From Euprymna scolopes (lineage: Eukaryota), in NCBI GenBank assembly GCA_053919585.1, contig CM132826.1: a stretch of DNA of 64,000 nucleotides; one strand, written 5' to 3'. Below are positions 15,001 to 31,225 of this stretch, one piece after another. The first letter of the stretch is position 1, and the number at the start of each line of letters is the position of its first letter. The notes beneath the pieces are model-generated. The model was not told the DNA's origin. It made no database searches and saw only the letters and a program-made list of their open reading frames with translations. The position numbers and the translations under genes were made by a program.

Positions 15001-18000
15001 ATGAATTTAAACTGGAAAAATCTATATATCGTAATAAAAGATGAATTTTAACTGGAACAATCTATATATCGTAATAAAAGTTAAAATTTAACTGGAAAAA
15101 TCTATATATCGTAATAAACGATGAATTTTCACTGGGAAAATCTATATATCGTAATAAAAGTTGAAATTTAACTGGAAAAATCTATATATCGTAATAAAAG
15201 TTGAAATTTAACTGGAAAAATCTATATATCGTAATAAAAGATTAATTTTAACTGGAAAAATCTATATATCGTAATAAAAGTTAAAATTTAACTGGAAAAA
15301 TCTATATATCGTAATAAAAGATGAATTTTAACTGGAAAAAACTATATATCGTAATAAAAGATGAATTTTAACTGGAAAAATCTATATATCGTAATAAAAG
15401 ATGAATTTATACTGGAAAAATCTATATATCGTAATAAAAGTTGAAATTTAACTGGAAAAATCTATATATCGTTATAAAAGATTAATTTTAACTGGAAAAA
15501 TCTATATATCGTAATAAATGTGTAAATTTAACTGGAAAAATCTATATATCGTAATAAAAGTTGATATTTAACTGGAAAAATCTATATATCGTAATAAAAG
15601 ATGAATTTTAACTGGAAAAATCTATATATCGTAATAAAAGATGACTTTTAATTGGAAAAATCTATGTATCGTAATAAAAGATGAATTTTAACTGAAAAAT
15701 CTATATATCGTAATAAAAGATGCATTTTAACTGGAAAAATCTATATATCGCAATAAAAGATGACATTTAACTGGGAAAATCTATATATCGTAATAAAAGA
15801 TGAATTTTAACTGGAAAATCTATATATCGTAATAAAAGTTGAAATTTAAATGGAAAAATCTATATATCATAATAAAAGATGAAATTTAACTGGAAAAAAC
15901 TATATATCGTAATAAAAGATGAATTTTAACTGGAAAAATCTATATATCATAATAAAAGATTAATTTAACTGAAAAATCTATATATCGTAATAAAAGATGA
16001 ATTTTAACTGAAAAATCTATATATCGTAATAAAAGATGAATTTTAACTGGAAAAATCTATATATCGTAATAAAAGATTAATTTTGACTGAAAAATCTGTA
16101 TATCGTAATAAAAGATGAAAAATCCATCTATCGTAATAAAAGATTAATTTTAACTGGAAAAATCTATATATCGTAATAAAAGATGAATTTTAACTGAAAA
16201 ATCTCTATATCGTAATAAAAAATGAATTTTAACTGAAAAATCTATATATTGTAATAAAAGTTGAAATGTAACTGGAAAAATCTATATATCGTAATAAAAG
16301 TTGAAATTTAACTGGAAAAATCTATATATCGTAATAAAAGATTAATTGAACTGAAAAATCTATCTATCGTAATAAAAGATTAATTTTAACTGGAAAAATC
16401 TATATATCGTAATAAAAGATGAATTTTAACTGAAAAATCTATATATCGTAATAAAAGATGAATTTTAACAGAAACATCTATATATTGTAATTAAAGATGA
16501 ATTTTAACTGGAAAAATCTATATATTGTAATAAAAGTTGAAATGTAACTGGAAAAATCTATATATCGTAATAAAAGATGAATTTTAACTGGAAAAATCCA
16601 TATATCGTAATAAGAGATGACTTTTAACTGGAAAAATCTATATATCGTAATAAAAGAATAAATTTAACTGGAAAAATCTATATATCGTAATAAAAGATGA
16701 ATTGTAACTGGAAAATCTATATATCGTAATGAAAGACGAATTTTAACTGAAAAACCTATGTATCGTAATAAAAGATGAATTTTTACTGGAAAAATCTATA
16801 TATCGTAATAAAAGATTAATTTTAACTGGAAAAATCTATATATCGTAATAAAAGATGAATTTTAACTGGAAAAATCTGTATATCGTAATAAAAGATGAAT
16901 TTTAACTGAAAAATCTATATATCGTAATAAAAGATGAATTTTAACTGAAAAATCAATATATCGTAATAAAAGATGAATTTTAACTGAAAAATCTATATAT
17001 CGTAATAAAAGATGAATTTTAACTGGAAAAATCTATATATCGTAATAAAAGATGAATTTAAACTGGAAAAATCTATATATCGTAATAAAAGATGAAATTA
17101 AACTGAAGAAATCTATATATCGTAATTAAAGATTAATTATAACTGAAAAATCTATATATCGTAATAAAAGATGAATTTTAACTGAAAAAATCTATATATC
17201 GTAATAAAAGATTAATTTTAACTGGAAAAATCTATATATCGTAATAAAAGATGAATTGAACTGAAAAATCTATATATCGTAATAAAAGATGAATTTTAAC
17301 TGGAAAAATCTATATATCGTAATAAAAGATGAATTTTAACTGGAAAAATCTATATATCGTAATAAAAGATGAATTGAACTGAAAAATCTATATATCGTAA
17401 TAAAAGATGTCTATTAACAGAAAAATCTATATATCGTAATAAAAGATGAATTTTAACTGGAAAAATCTATATATTGTAATAAAAGTTGAAATGTAACTGG
17501 AAAAATCTATATATCGTAATAAAAGATGAATTTTAACTGGAAAAATCTATATATCGTAATAAGAGATGACTTTTAACTGGAAAAATCTATATATCGTAAT
17601 AAAAGATTAAATTTAACTGGAAAAATCTATATATCGTAATAAAAGATGAATTTTAACTGGAAAATCTATATATCGTAATGAAATATGAATTTTAACTGAA
17701 AAATCTATATATCGTAATAAAAGATTAATTTTAACTGAAAAATCTATATATCGTAATAAAAGATTAATTTTAACTGGAAAAATCTATATATCGAAATAAA
17801 AGATTAATTGTAACTGGAAAAATCTATATATCGTAATAAAAGATGAAATTTAACTGAAGAAATCTATATATCGTAATAAAAGATGAATTTTAACTGAAAA
17901 ATCTATATATCGTAATAAAAGATGAATTTAAACTGGAAAAATCTATATATCGTAATAAAAGATTAATTTTAACTGGAAAAATCTATATATCGTAATAAAA

Positions 18001-21000
18001 GATGAATTTTAACTGGAAAAATCTATATATCGTAATAAAAGATGAATTTTGACTGAAACATCTATATATCGTAATAAAAGATGAATTTTAACTGAAAAAT
18101 CTATATATCGTAATAAAAGATGAATTTTAACTGGAAAAATCTATATATCGTCATAAAAGTTGAAATTTAACTGGAAAAATCTATATATCGTAATAAAAGA
18201 TGAATTTTAACTGGAAAAATCTATATATCGTAATAAAAGATGAATTTTAACTGGAAAAATCTATATATCGTAATAAAAGATGAAATTTAACTGGAAAAAT
18301 CTATATATCGTAATAAAAGATGAATTTTAACTGGAACAATCTATATATCGTAATAAAAGATGAATTTTAACTGAAAAATCTATGTATCGTAATAAAAGAT
18401 TAATTTTAACTGGAAACATCTATATATCGTAATAAAAGATGAATTTTAACTGAAAAATCTATATATCGTAATAAAAGATTCATTTTAACAGAAAAATCTA
18501 TATATCGTTATAAAAGATGAATTTTAACTGGAAAAAAATATATATCGTAATAAAAGTTGAAATGTAACTGGAAAAATCTATATATCGTAATAAAAGAAGA
18601 ATTTTAACTGGAAAAATCTATATATCGTAATGAAAGTTGAAATTTAACTGGAAAAATCTATATATCGGTATAAAAGATTAATTTTTACTGGAAAAATCTA
18701 TATATCGTAATAAAAGTTGAAATTTAACTGGAAAAATCTATATATCGTAATAAAAGATGAATTATAACAGAAAAATCTATATATCGTAATAAAAGATGAA
18801 TTTTAACTGGAAAAATCTTTATATCGTAATAAAAGATGAATTTTAACTGAAAAATCTATATATCGTAATAAAAGATGAATTTTAACTGGAAACATCTATA
18901 TATCGTAATAAAAGATGAATTTTAACTGAAAAATCTATATATCGTAATAAAAGATTCATTTTAACTGAAAAATCTATATATCGTAATAAAAGATGAATTT
19001 TAACAGAAAAATCTATATATCGTAATTAAATATGAATTTTAACTGGAAAAATCTATATATTGTAATAAAAGTTGAAATGTAACTGGAAAAATCTATATAT
19101 CGTAATAAAAGATGAATTTTAACTGGAAAAATCCATATATCGTAATAAGAGATGACTTTTAACTGGAAAAATCTATATATCGTAATAAAAGATTAAATTT
19201 AACTGGAAAAATCTATATATCGTAATAAAAGATGAATTTTAACTGGAAAATCTATATATCGTAATGAAAGACGAATTTTAACTGAAAAATCTATGTATCG
19301 TAATAAAAGATGAATTTTTACTGGAAAAATCTATATATCGTAATAAAAGATTAATTTTAACTGGAAAAATCTATATATCGTAATAAAAGATGAATTTTAA
19401 CTGGAAAAATCTGTATATCGTAATAAAAGATGAATTTTAACTGAAAAATCTATATATCGTAATAAAAGATGAATTTTAACTGAAAAATCAATATATCGTA
19501 ATAAAAGATGAATTTTAACTGGAAAAATCTATATATCGTAATAAAAGATGAAATTAAACTGAAGAAATCTATATATCGTAATTAAAGATTAATTTTAACT
19601 GAAAAATCTATATATCGTAATAAAAGATGAATTTTAACTGAAAAAATCTATATATCGTAATAAAAGATTAATTTTAACTGGAAAAATCTATATATCGTAA
19701 TAAAAGGTAATAAAAGATTAAATTTAACTGGAAAAATCTATATATCGTAATAAAAGAGGCATTTTAACTGAAAAATCTATGTATCGTAATAAAAGATGAA
19801 TTTTAACTGAAAAATCTATATATCGTAATAAAAGATGCATTTTAACTGGAAAAATCTATATATCGCAATAAAAGATGACATTTAACTGGGAAAATCTATA
19901 TATCGTAATAAAAGTTGAATTTTAACTGAAAAATCTATATATCGTAATAAAAGATTAATTTTAACTGAAAAATATATATATCGTAATAAAAGATGAATTT
20001 TTACTGGAAAAATCTATATATCGCAATAAAAGATTAATTTTAACCGAAAAATCTATATATCGTAATAAAAGATGAATTTTAACTGGAAAAATCTATATAT
20101 CGTAATAAAAGATGAATTTTAACTGAAAAATCTATATATCGTAATAAAAGATGAATTTTAACTGGAAAAATCTATATATCGTAACAAAAGAATAATTTTA
20201 ACTGGAAAAATCTATATATCGTAATAAAAGATGAATTTAACTGAAAAATCTATATATCGTAATAAAAGATGAATTTTAACTGGAAAAATCTATATATCGT
20301 AATAAAAGTTAAAATGTAACTGGAAAAATCAATATATCGTAATAAACGATGAATTTTTACTGGGAAAATCTATATATCGTAATAAAAGTTGAAATTTAAC
20401 TGGAAAAATCTATATATCGTAATAAAAGTTGAATTTTAACTGGAAAAATCTATATATCGTAATAAAAGATAAATTTTAACTGGAAAAATCTATATATCGT
20501 AATAAAAGTTGAAATTTAACTGGAAAAATCTATATATCGTAATAAAAGATGAATTTTAACTGGAAAAATCTATATATCGTAATACAAGGTTAATTTTAAC
20601 TGGAAAAATCTATATATCGTAATAAAAGTTGAAATTTAACTGGAAAAATCTATATATCGTAATAAAAGTTGAACTTTTACTGGAAAAATCTATATATCGC
20701 TATAAAAGATTAGTTTGAACTGGAAAAATCTATATATCGTAATAAATGTTGAAATTTAACTGGAAAAATCTATATATCGTAATAAAAGATGAATTTTAAC
20801 TGGAAAAGCTATATATCGTAATAAAAGTTGAAATTTTACTGGAACAATCTATATATCGTAATAAAAGATGAATTTTAACTGAAAAATCTATGTATCGTAA
20901 TAAAAGATTAATTTTAACTCAAAAATCTATATATCGTAATAAAAGATGAAATTTAACTGGGAAAATCTATGTATCGTAATAAAAGATGAATTTTCACTGA

Positions 21001-24000
21001 GAAATCTATGTATCGTAATAAAAGATGAATTTTAACTGAAAAATCTATATATCGTAATAAAAGATGAATTTTTACTGGATAAATCTATATATCGTAATAA
21101 AAGATGAATTTAACTGAAAACTCTATATACCGTAATAAAAGATGAATTTTAACTGGAAAAATCTATATATCGTAATAAAAGTTGAAATTTAACTGGTAAA
21201 ATCTATATATCGTAATAAAAGATGAATTTTAACTGGAACAATCTATGTATCGTAATAAAAGATGAATTTTAACTGGAAAAATCTATATATCGTAATAAAA
21301 GATGAATTTTAACTGAAAAATCTATATATCGTAATAAAAGTACAAATTTAACTGGACAAATCTATATATCGTAATAAACGATGAATTTTAACTGGAAAAA
21401 TCTATATATCGTAATAACAGTTGAAATTTAACTGGAAAAATCTATATATCGTAATAAAAGTTGAAATTTAACTGGAAAAATCTATATATCGTAATAAAAG
21501 ATTAATTTTAACGTGAAAAATCTATATATCGTAATAAAAGTTGAAATTTAACTGGAAAAATCTATATATCGTAATAAAAGATGAATTTAAACTGGAAAAA
21601 TCTATATATCGTAATAAAAGATGAATTTTAACTGGAACAATCTATATATCGTAATAAAAGTTAAAATTTAACTGGAAAAATCTATATATCGTAATAAACG
21701 ATGAATTTTCACTGGGAAAATCTATATATCGTAATAAAAGTTGAAATTTAACTGGAAAAATCTATATATCGTAATAAAAGTTGAAATTTAACTGGAAAAA
21801 TCTATATATCGTAATAAAAGATTAATTTTAACTGGAAAAATCTATATATCGTAATAAAAGTTGAAATTTAACTGGAAAAATCTATATATCGTAATAAAAG
21901 ATGAATTTTAACTGGAAAAAACTATATATCGTAATAAAAGATGAATTTTAACTGGAAAAATCTATATATCGTAATAAAAGATGAATTTATACTGGAAAAA
22001 TCTATATATCGTAATAAAAGTTGAAATTTAACTGGAAAAATCTATATATCGTTATAAAAGATTAATTTTAACTGGAAAAATCTATATATCGTAATAAATG
22101 TGTAAATTTAACTGGAAAAATCTATATATCGTAATAAAAGTTGATATTTAACTGGAAAAATCTATATATCGTAATAAAAGATGAATTTTAACTGGAAAAA
22201 ACTATATATCGTAATAAAAGATGACTTTTAATTGGAAAAATCTATGTATCGTAATAAAAGATGAATTTTAACTGAAAAATCTATATATCGTAATAAAAGA
22301 TGCATTTTAACTGGAAAAATCTATATATCGCAATAAAAGATGACATTTAACTGGGAAAATCTATATATCGTAATAAAAGATGAATTTTAACTGGAAAATC
22401 TATATATCGTAATAAAAGTTGAAATTTAAATGGAAAAATCTATATATCATAATAAAAGATGAAATTTAACTGGAAAAAACTATATATCGTAATAAAAGAT
22501 GAATTTTAACTGGAAAAATCTATATATCATAATAAAAGATTAATTTAACTGAAAAATCTATATATCGTAATAAAAGATGAATTTTAACTGAAAAATCTAT
22601 ATATCGTAATAAAAGATGAATTTTAACTGGAAAAATCTATATATCGTAATAAAAGATTAATTTTGACTGAAAAATCTGTATATCGTAATAAAAGATGAAA
22701 AATCCATCTATCGTAATAAAAGATTAATTTTAACTGGAAAAATCTATATATCGTAATAAAAGATGAATTTTAACTGAAAAATCTCTATATCGTAATAAAA
22801 AATGAATTTTAACTGAAAAATCTATATATTGTAATAAAAGTTGAAATGTAACTGGAAAAATCTATATATCGTAATAAAAGTTGAAATTTAACTGGAAAAA
22901 TCTATATATCGTAATAAAAGATTAATTGAACTGAAAAATCTATCTATCGTAATAAAAGATTAATTTTAACTGGAAAAATCTATATATCGTAATAAAAGAT
23001 GAATTTTAACTGAAAAATCTATATATCGTAATAAAAGATGAATTTTAACAGAAACATCTATATATTGTAATTAAAGATGAATTTTAACTGGAAAAATCTA
23101 TATATTGTAATAAAAGTTGAAATGTAACTGGAAAAATCTATATATCGTAATAAAAGATGAATTTTAACTGGAAAAATCCATATATCGTAATAAGAGATGA
23201 CTTTTAACTGGAAAAATCTATATATCGTAATAAAAGAATAAATTTAACTGGAAAAATCTATATATCGTAATAAAAGATGAATTGTAACTGGAAAATCTAT
23301 ATATCGTAATGAAAGACGAATTTTAACTGAAAAACCTATGTATCGTAATAAAAGATGAATTTTTACTGGAAAAATCTATATATCGTAATAAAAGATTAAT
23401 TTTAACTGGAAAAATCTATATATCGTAATAAAAGATGAATTTTAACTGGAAAAATCTGTATATCGTAATAAAAGATGAATTTTAACTGAAAAATCTATAT
23501 ATCGTAATAAAAGATGAATTTTAACTGAAAAATCAATATATCGTAATAAAAGATGAATTTTAACTGAAAAATCTATATATCGTAATAAAAGATGAATTTT
23601 AACTGGAAAAATCTATATATCGTAATAAAAGATGAATTTAAACTGGAAAAATCTATATATCGTAATAAAAGATGAAATTAAACTGAAGAAATCTATATAT
23701 CGTAATTAAAGATTAATTATAACTGAAAAATCTATATATCGTAATAAAAGATGAATTTTAACTGAAAAAATCTATATATCGTAATAAAAGATTAATTTTA
23801 ACTGGAAAAATCTATATATCGTAATAAAAGATGAATTGAACTGAAAAATCTATATATCGTAATAAAAGATGAATTTTAACTGGAAAAATCTATATATCGT
23901 AATAAAAGATGAATTTTAACTGGAAAAATCTATATATCGTAATAAAAGATGAATTGAACTGAAAAATCTATATATCGTAATAAAAGATGTCTATTAACAG

Positions 24001-27000
24001 AAAAATCTATATATCGTAATAAAAGATGAATTTTAACTGGAAAAATCTATATATTGTAATAAAAGTTGAAATGTAACTGGAAAAATCTATATATCGTAAT
24101 AAAAGATGAATTTTAACTGGAAAAATCTATATATCGTAATAAGAGATGACTTTTAACTGGAAAAATCTATATATCGTAATAAAAGATTAAATTTAACTGG
24201 AAAAATCTATATATCGTAATAAAAGATGAATTTTAACTGGAAAATCTATATATCGTAATGAAATATGAATTTTAACTGAAAAATCTATATATCGTAATAA
24301 AAGATTAATTTTAACTGAAAAATCTATATATCGTAATAAAAGATTAATTTTAACTGGAAAAATCTATATATCGAAATAAAAGATTAATTGTAACTGGAAA
24401 AATCTATATATCGTAATAAAAGATGAAATTTAACTGAAGAAATCTATATATCGTAATAAAAGATGAATTTTAACTGAAAAATCTATATATCGTAATAAAA
24501 GATGAATTTAAACTGGAAAAATCTATATATCGTAATAAAAGATTAATTTTAACTGGAAAAATCTATATATCGTAATAAAAGATGAATTTTAACTGGAAAA
24601 ATCTATATATCGTAATAAAAGATGAATTTTGACTGAAACATCTATATATCGTAATAAAAGATGAATTTTAACTGAAAAATCTATATATCGTAATAAAAGA
24701 TGAATTTTAACTGGAAAAATCTATATATCGTCATAAAAGTTGAAATTTAACTGGAAAAATCTATATATCGTAATAAAAGATGAATTTTAACTGGAAAAAT
24801 CTATATATCGTAATAAAAGATGAATTTTAACTGGAAAAATCTATATATCGTAATAAAAGATGAAATTTAACTGGAAAAATCTATATATCGTAATAAAAGA
24901 TGAATTTTAACTGGAACAATCTATATATCGTAATAAAAGATGAATTTTAACTGAAAAATCTATGTATCGTAATAAAAGATTAATTTTAACTGGAAACATC
25001 TATATATCGTAATAAAAGATGAATTTTAACTGAAAAATCTATATATCGTAATAAAAGATTCATTTTAACAGAAAAATCTATATATCGTTATAAAAGATGA
25101 ATTTTAACTGGAAAAAAATATATATCGTAATAAAAGTTGAAATGTAACTGGAAAAATCTATATATCGTAATAAAAGAAGAATTTTAACTGGAAAAATCTA
25201 TATATCGTAATGAAAGTTGAAATTTAACTGGAAAAATCTATATATCGGTATAAAAGATTAATTTTTACTGGAAAAATCTATATATCGTAATAAAAGTTGA
25301 AATTTAACTGGAAAAATCTATATATCGTAATAAAAGATGAATTATAACAGAAAAATCTATATATCGTAATAAAAGATGAATTTTAACTGGAAAAATCTTT
25401 ATATCGTAATAAAAGATGAATTTTAACTGAAAAATCTATATATCGTAATAAAAGATGAATTTTAACTGGAAACATCTATATATCGTAATAAAAGATGAAT
25501 TTTAACTGAAAAATCTATATATCGTAATAAAAGATTCATTTTAACTGAAAAATCTATATATCGTAATAAAAGATGAATTTTAACAGAAAAATCTATATAT
25601 CGTAATTAAATATGAATTTTAACTGGAAAAATCTATATATTGTAATAAAAGTTGAAATGTAACTGGAAAAATCTATATATCGTAATAAAAGATGAATTTT
25701 AACTGGAAAAATCCATATATCGTAATAAGAGATGACTTTTAACTGGAAAAATCTATATATCGTAATAAAAGATTAAATTTAACTGGAAAAATCTATATAT
25801 CGTAATAAAAGATGAATTTTAACTGGAAAATCTATATATCGTAATGAAAGACGAATTTTAACTGAAAAATCTATGTATCGTAATAAAAGATGAATTTTTA
25901 CTGGAAAAATCTATATATCGTAATAAAAGATTAATTTTAACTGGAAAAATCTATATATCGTAATAAAAGATGAATTTTAACTGGAAAAATCTGTATATCG
26001 TAATAAAAGATGAATTTTAACTGAAAAATCTATATATCGTAATAAAAGATGAATTTTAACTGAAAAATCAATATATCGTAATAAAAGATGAATTTTAACT
26101 GGAAAAATCTATATATCGTAATAAAAGATGAAATTAAACTGAAGAAATCTATATATCGTAATTAAAGATTAATTTTAACTGAAAAATCTATATATCGTAA
26201 TAAAAGATGAATTTTAACTGAAAAAATCTATATATCGTAATAAAAGATTAATTTTAACTGGAAAAATCTATATATCGTAATAAAAGATGAATTGAACTGA
26301 AAAATCTATATATCGTAATAAAAGATGAATTTTAACTGGAAAAATCTATATATCGTAATAAAAGATGAATTTTAACTGGAAAAATCTATATATCGTAATA
26401 AAAGATGAAATTTAACTGAAGAAATCTATATATCGTAATTAAAGATTAATTTTAACTGAAAAATCTATATATCGTAATAAAAGATGAATTTTAACTGGAA
26501 AAATCTATATATCGTAATAAAAGATTAATTTTAACTGGAAAAATCTATATATCGTAATAAAAGATGAATTGAACTGAAAAATCTATATATCGTAATAAAA
26601 GATGAATTTTAACAGAAAAATCTATATATCGTAATAAAATATGAATTTTAACTGGAAAAATCTATATATTGTAATAAAAGTTGAAATGTAACTGGAAAAA
26701 TCTATATATCGTAATAAAAGATGAATTTTAACTGGAAAAATCTATATATCGTAATAAGAGATGACTTTTAACTGGAAAAATCTATATATCGTAATAAAAG
26801 ATTAAATTTAACTGGAAAAATCTATATATCGTAATAAAAGATGAATTTTAACTGGAAAATCTATATATCGTAATGAAATATGAATTTTAACTGAAAAATC
26901 TATATATCGTAATAAAAGATTAATTTTAACTGAAAAATCTATATATCGTAATAAAAGATGAATTTTAACTGGAAAAATCTATATATCGTAATAAAAGATG

Positions 27001-30000
27001 AATTTTGACTGAAACATCTATATATCGTATTAAAAGATGAATTTTAACTGAAAAATCTATATATCGTAATAAAAGATGAATTTTAACTGGAAAAATCTAT
27101 ATATCGTCATAAAAGTTGAAATTTAACTGGAAAAATCTATATATCGTAATAAAAGATGAATTTTAACTGGAAAAATCTATATATCGTAATAAAAGATGAA
27201 TTTTAACTGGAAAAATCTATATATCGTAATAAAAGATGAAATTTAACTGGAAAAATCTATATATCGTAATAAAAGATGAATTTTAACTGGAAAAATCTAT
27301 ATATCGTAATAAAAGATGAATTTTAACTGAAAAATCTATGTATCGTAATAAAAGATGAATTTTAACTGGAAACATCTATATATCGTAATAAAAGATGAAT
27401 TTAACTGAAAAATCTATATATCGTAATAAAAGATTCATTTTAACAGAAAAATCTATATATCGTTATAAAAGATGAATTTTAACTGAAAAATCTATATATC
27501 GTAATAAATTTGAAATGTAACTGGAAAAATCTATATATCGTAATAAAAGAAGAATTTTAACTGGAAAAATCTATATATCGTAATGAAAGTTGAAATTAAA
27601 CTGGAAAAATCTATATATCGGTATAAAAGATTAATTTTAACTGGAAAAATCTATATATCGTAATAAAAGTTGAAATTAAACTGGAAAAATCTATATATCG
27701 TAATAAAAGATTAATTTTGACTGAAATATCTGTATATCGTAATAAAAGATTAAATATCTATCTATCGTAATAAAAGATTAATTTTAACTGGAAAAATCTA
27801 TATATCGTAATAAAAGATGAATTTTAACTGAAAAATCTATATATCGTAATAAAAGATGAAAGTTAACTGGGAAAATCTATATATCGTAATAAAAGATGAA
27901 TTTTTACTGAGAAATCTATGTATCGTAATAAAAGATGAATTTTAACTGAAAAATCTATATATCGTAATAAAAGATGAATTTTGACTGAAAAATCTATATA
28001 TCGTAATAAAAGATGAAAAATCTATACATCGTAATAAAAGATGAATTTTTACTGAAAAATCTATGTATCGTAATAGAAGATGAATTTTAACTGAAAAATC
28101 TATATATCGTAATAAAAGATGAATTTTAACTGGAAAAATCTATATATCGTAATAAAAGATGAATTTTAACTGAAAAATCTATATATCGTAATAAAAGATG
28201 AATTTTAACTGGAAAAATCTATATATCGTAATAAAAGATGAATTTTAACTGAAAAATCCATATATCGTAACAAAAGATGAATTTTAACTGAAAAATATAT
28301 ATATCGTAATAAAAGATTAATTTTAACTGGAAAAATCTATATATCGTAATAAAAGATTAATTTTAACTGGAAAAAACTATATATCGTAATAAAAGAAGAA
28401 TTTTAACTGGAAAAATCTATTTATCGTAATAAAAGATGAATTTTAACTGGAAAAATCTATATATCGTAATAAAAGATGAAGTTTAACTGGAAAAATCTAT
28501 ATATCGTAATAAAAGATGAATTGAACTGAAAAATCTATATATCGTAATAAAAGATTAATTTTAACTGGAAAAATCTATATATCGTAATAAAAGTTGAAAT
28601 TTAACTGGAAAAATCTATATATCGTTATAAAAGGTTAATTTTAACTGGAAAAATCTATATATCGTAATAAAAGTTGAAATTTAACTGGAAAAATCTATAT
28701 ATCGTAATAAAAGATGAATTTTAACTGGAAAAATCTCTATATCGTAATAAAAGATGAATTTTGACTGAAGAAATCTATATATCGTAATAAAAGATGAATT
28801 TTAACTGAAAAATCTATATATCGTAATAAAAGATTAATGTTGACTGAAAAATCTATATATCGTAATAAAAGATGAAAAATCTATATATCGTAATAAAAGA
28901 TAAATTTTAACTGAAAAATCTATATATCGTAATAAAAGATGAATTTTAACTGAAAAATCTATATATCGTAATACAAGTTAAAATTTAACTGGAAAAATCT
29001 ATATATCGTAATAAAAGATGAATTTTAACTGAAAAATCTATATATCGTAATAAAAGATGAATTTTAACTGGAAAAATCTATATATCGTAATAAAAGATGA
29101 ATTTTAACTGCAAAATCCATATATCGTAATAAAAGATGAATTTTAACTGAAAAATCTATATATCGTAATAAAAGATTAATTTTAACTGGAAAAATCTATA
29201 TATCGTAATAAAAGATTAATTTTAACTGGAAAAATCTATATATCGTAATAAAAGATGAATTTTAACTGGAAAAATCTATATATCGTAATAAAAGATGAAA
29301 TGTAACTGGAAAAATCTATATATCGTAATAAAAGATGAATTTTAACTGGAAAATCTATATATCGTAATAAAAGATGAATTTTAACTGAAAAAGGTATGTA
29401 TCGTAATAAAAGATGAATTTTAACTTAAAAATCTATATATCGTAATAAAAGATTAATTTTAACTGGAAAAATCTATATATCCTAATAAAAGATGAATTTT
29501 AACTGGAAAAATCTATATATCGTAATAAAAGATGAATTTTAACTGGAAAAATCTATATATCGTTATAAAAGATGAAGTTTAACTGGAAAAATCTATATAT
29601 CGTAATAAAAGATGAATTGAACTGAAAAATCTATATATCGTAATAAAAGATGAATTGAACTGAAAAATCTATATATCGTAATAAAAGATGAATTTTAACT
29701 GGAAAAATCTATATATCGTAATAAAAGTTGAAATGTAACTGGAAAAATCTATATATCGTAATAAAAGATGAATTTTAACTGGAAAATCTATATATCGTAA
29801 TAAAAGTTGAAATTTTACTGGAAAAATCTATATATCGTAATAAAAGATGAATTTTAACTGGAAAAATCTATATATCGTAATAAAAGTTGAAATTTAACTG
29901 GAAAAATCTATATATCGTAATAAAAGATAAATTTTAACTGAAAAATCTATGTATCGTAATAAAAGAGTAATTTTAACTGAAAAATCTATATATCGTAATA

Positions 30001-31225
30001 AAAGATGAAATTTAACTGGGAAAATCTATATATCGTAATAAAAGATGAATTTTAACTGAAAAATCTATGTATCGTAATAAAAGATGAATTTTAACTGGAA
30101 AAATCTATATATCGTAATAAAAGATGAATTTTAACTGAAGAAATCTATATATCGTAATAAAAGAGGAATTTTAACTGGAAAAATCTATATATCGTAATAA
30201 AAGATGAAATGTAACTGGAAAAATCTATATATCGTAATAAAAGATGAAAAATCTATATATCGTAATAAAAGATGAATTTTAACTGAAAAATCTATATATC
30301 GTAATAAAAGATGAATTTTAACTGGAAAAATCTATATATCGTAATAAAAGATGAATTTTAACTGAAAAATCCTTATATCGTAATAAAAGATGAATTTTAA
30401 CTGGAAAAATCTATATATCGTAATAAAAGATGAATTTTAACTGAAAAATCTAATAATCGCAATAAAAGATGAATTTTAACTGAAAAATCTATATATCGTA
30501 ATAAAAGATGAATTTTAACTGAAAAATCTCTATATCGTAATAAAAGATGAATTTTAACTGAAAAATCTATATATCGTAATAAAAGATGAATTTTAACTGA
30601 AAAATCTATATATCGTAATAAAAGATTAATTTTAACTGGAAAAATCTATATATCGTAATAAAAGATGAATTTTAACTGGAAAAATCTATATATCGTAATA
30701 AAAGATGAAATGTAACTGGAAAAATCTATATATCGTAATAAAAGATGAATTTTAACTTAAAAATCTATATATCGTAATAAAAGATTAATTTTAACTGAAA
30801 AATGTATATATCCTAATAAAAGATGAATTTTAACTGAAAAATCTATATATCGTAATAAAAGATGAATTTTTACTGGAAAAATCTATATATCGTAATAAAA
30901 GATGAATTTTAACTGGAAAAATCTATATATCGTAATAAAAGATGAATTTTAACTGGAAAAATCTATATATCGTAATAAAAGATGAATTTTAACTGAAAAA
31001 TCTGTATATCGTAATAAAAGATGAATTTTAACTGGAAAAACTATATATCGTAATAAAAGATTAATTTTAACTGGAAAATCTATATATCGTAACAAAATAT
31101 GAATTTTAACTGAAGAAATCTATATATTGTAATAAAAGATGAATTTTAACTGGAAAATCTATATATCGTAATTATAGATGAATTTTAACTGAAGAAATCT
31201 ATATATCGTAATAAAAAAAGAATTT
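1..31225. repeat. Tandem satellite DNA, 40-bp monomer (frequent 39-bp variants), roughly 780 copies; continues beyond the left edge of the window
   Basis: Consensus AACTGGAAAAATCTATATATCGTAATAAAAGATGAATTTT repeated head-to-tail. Variants include GTTGAAATTT, GATTAATTTT and loss of one G. No ORFs in the track. Confidence 0.99.

Noticed and set aside
1-31225. CRISPR array or coding repeat
   Set aside because: Monomers are contiguous with no unique spacers, there are no cas genes and no ORFs, and the context is eukaryotic.
1-31225. Satellite derived from a Helitron 5' end (ATCTATATAT..AAAAG resembles such termini)
   Set aside because: The similarity is low-complexity, and the older relics read CTGTGTGGCG at that position, so the TATA run looks derived.
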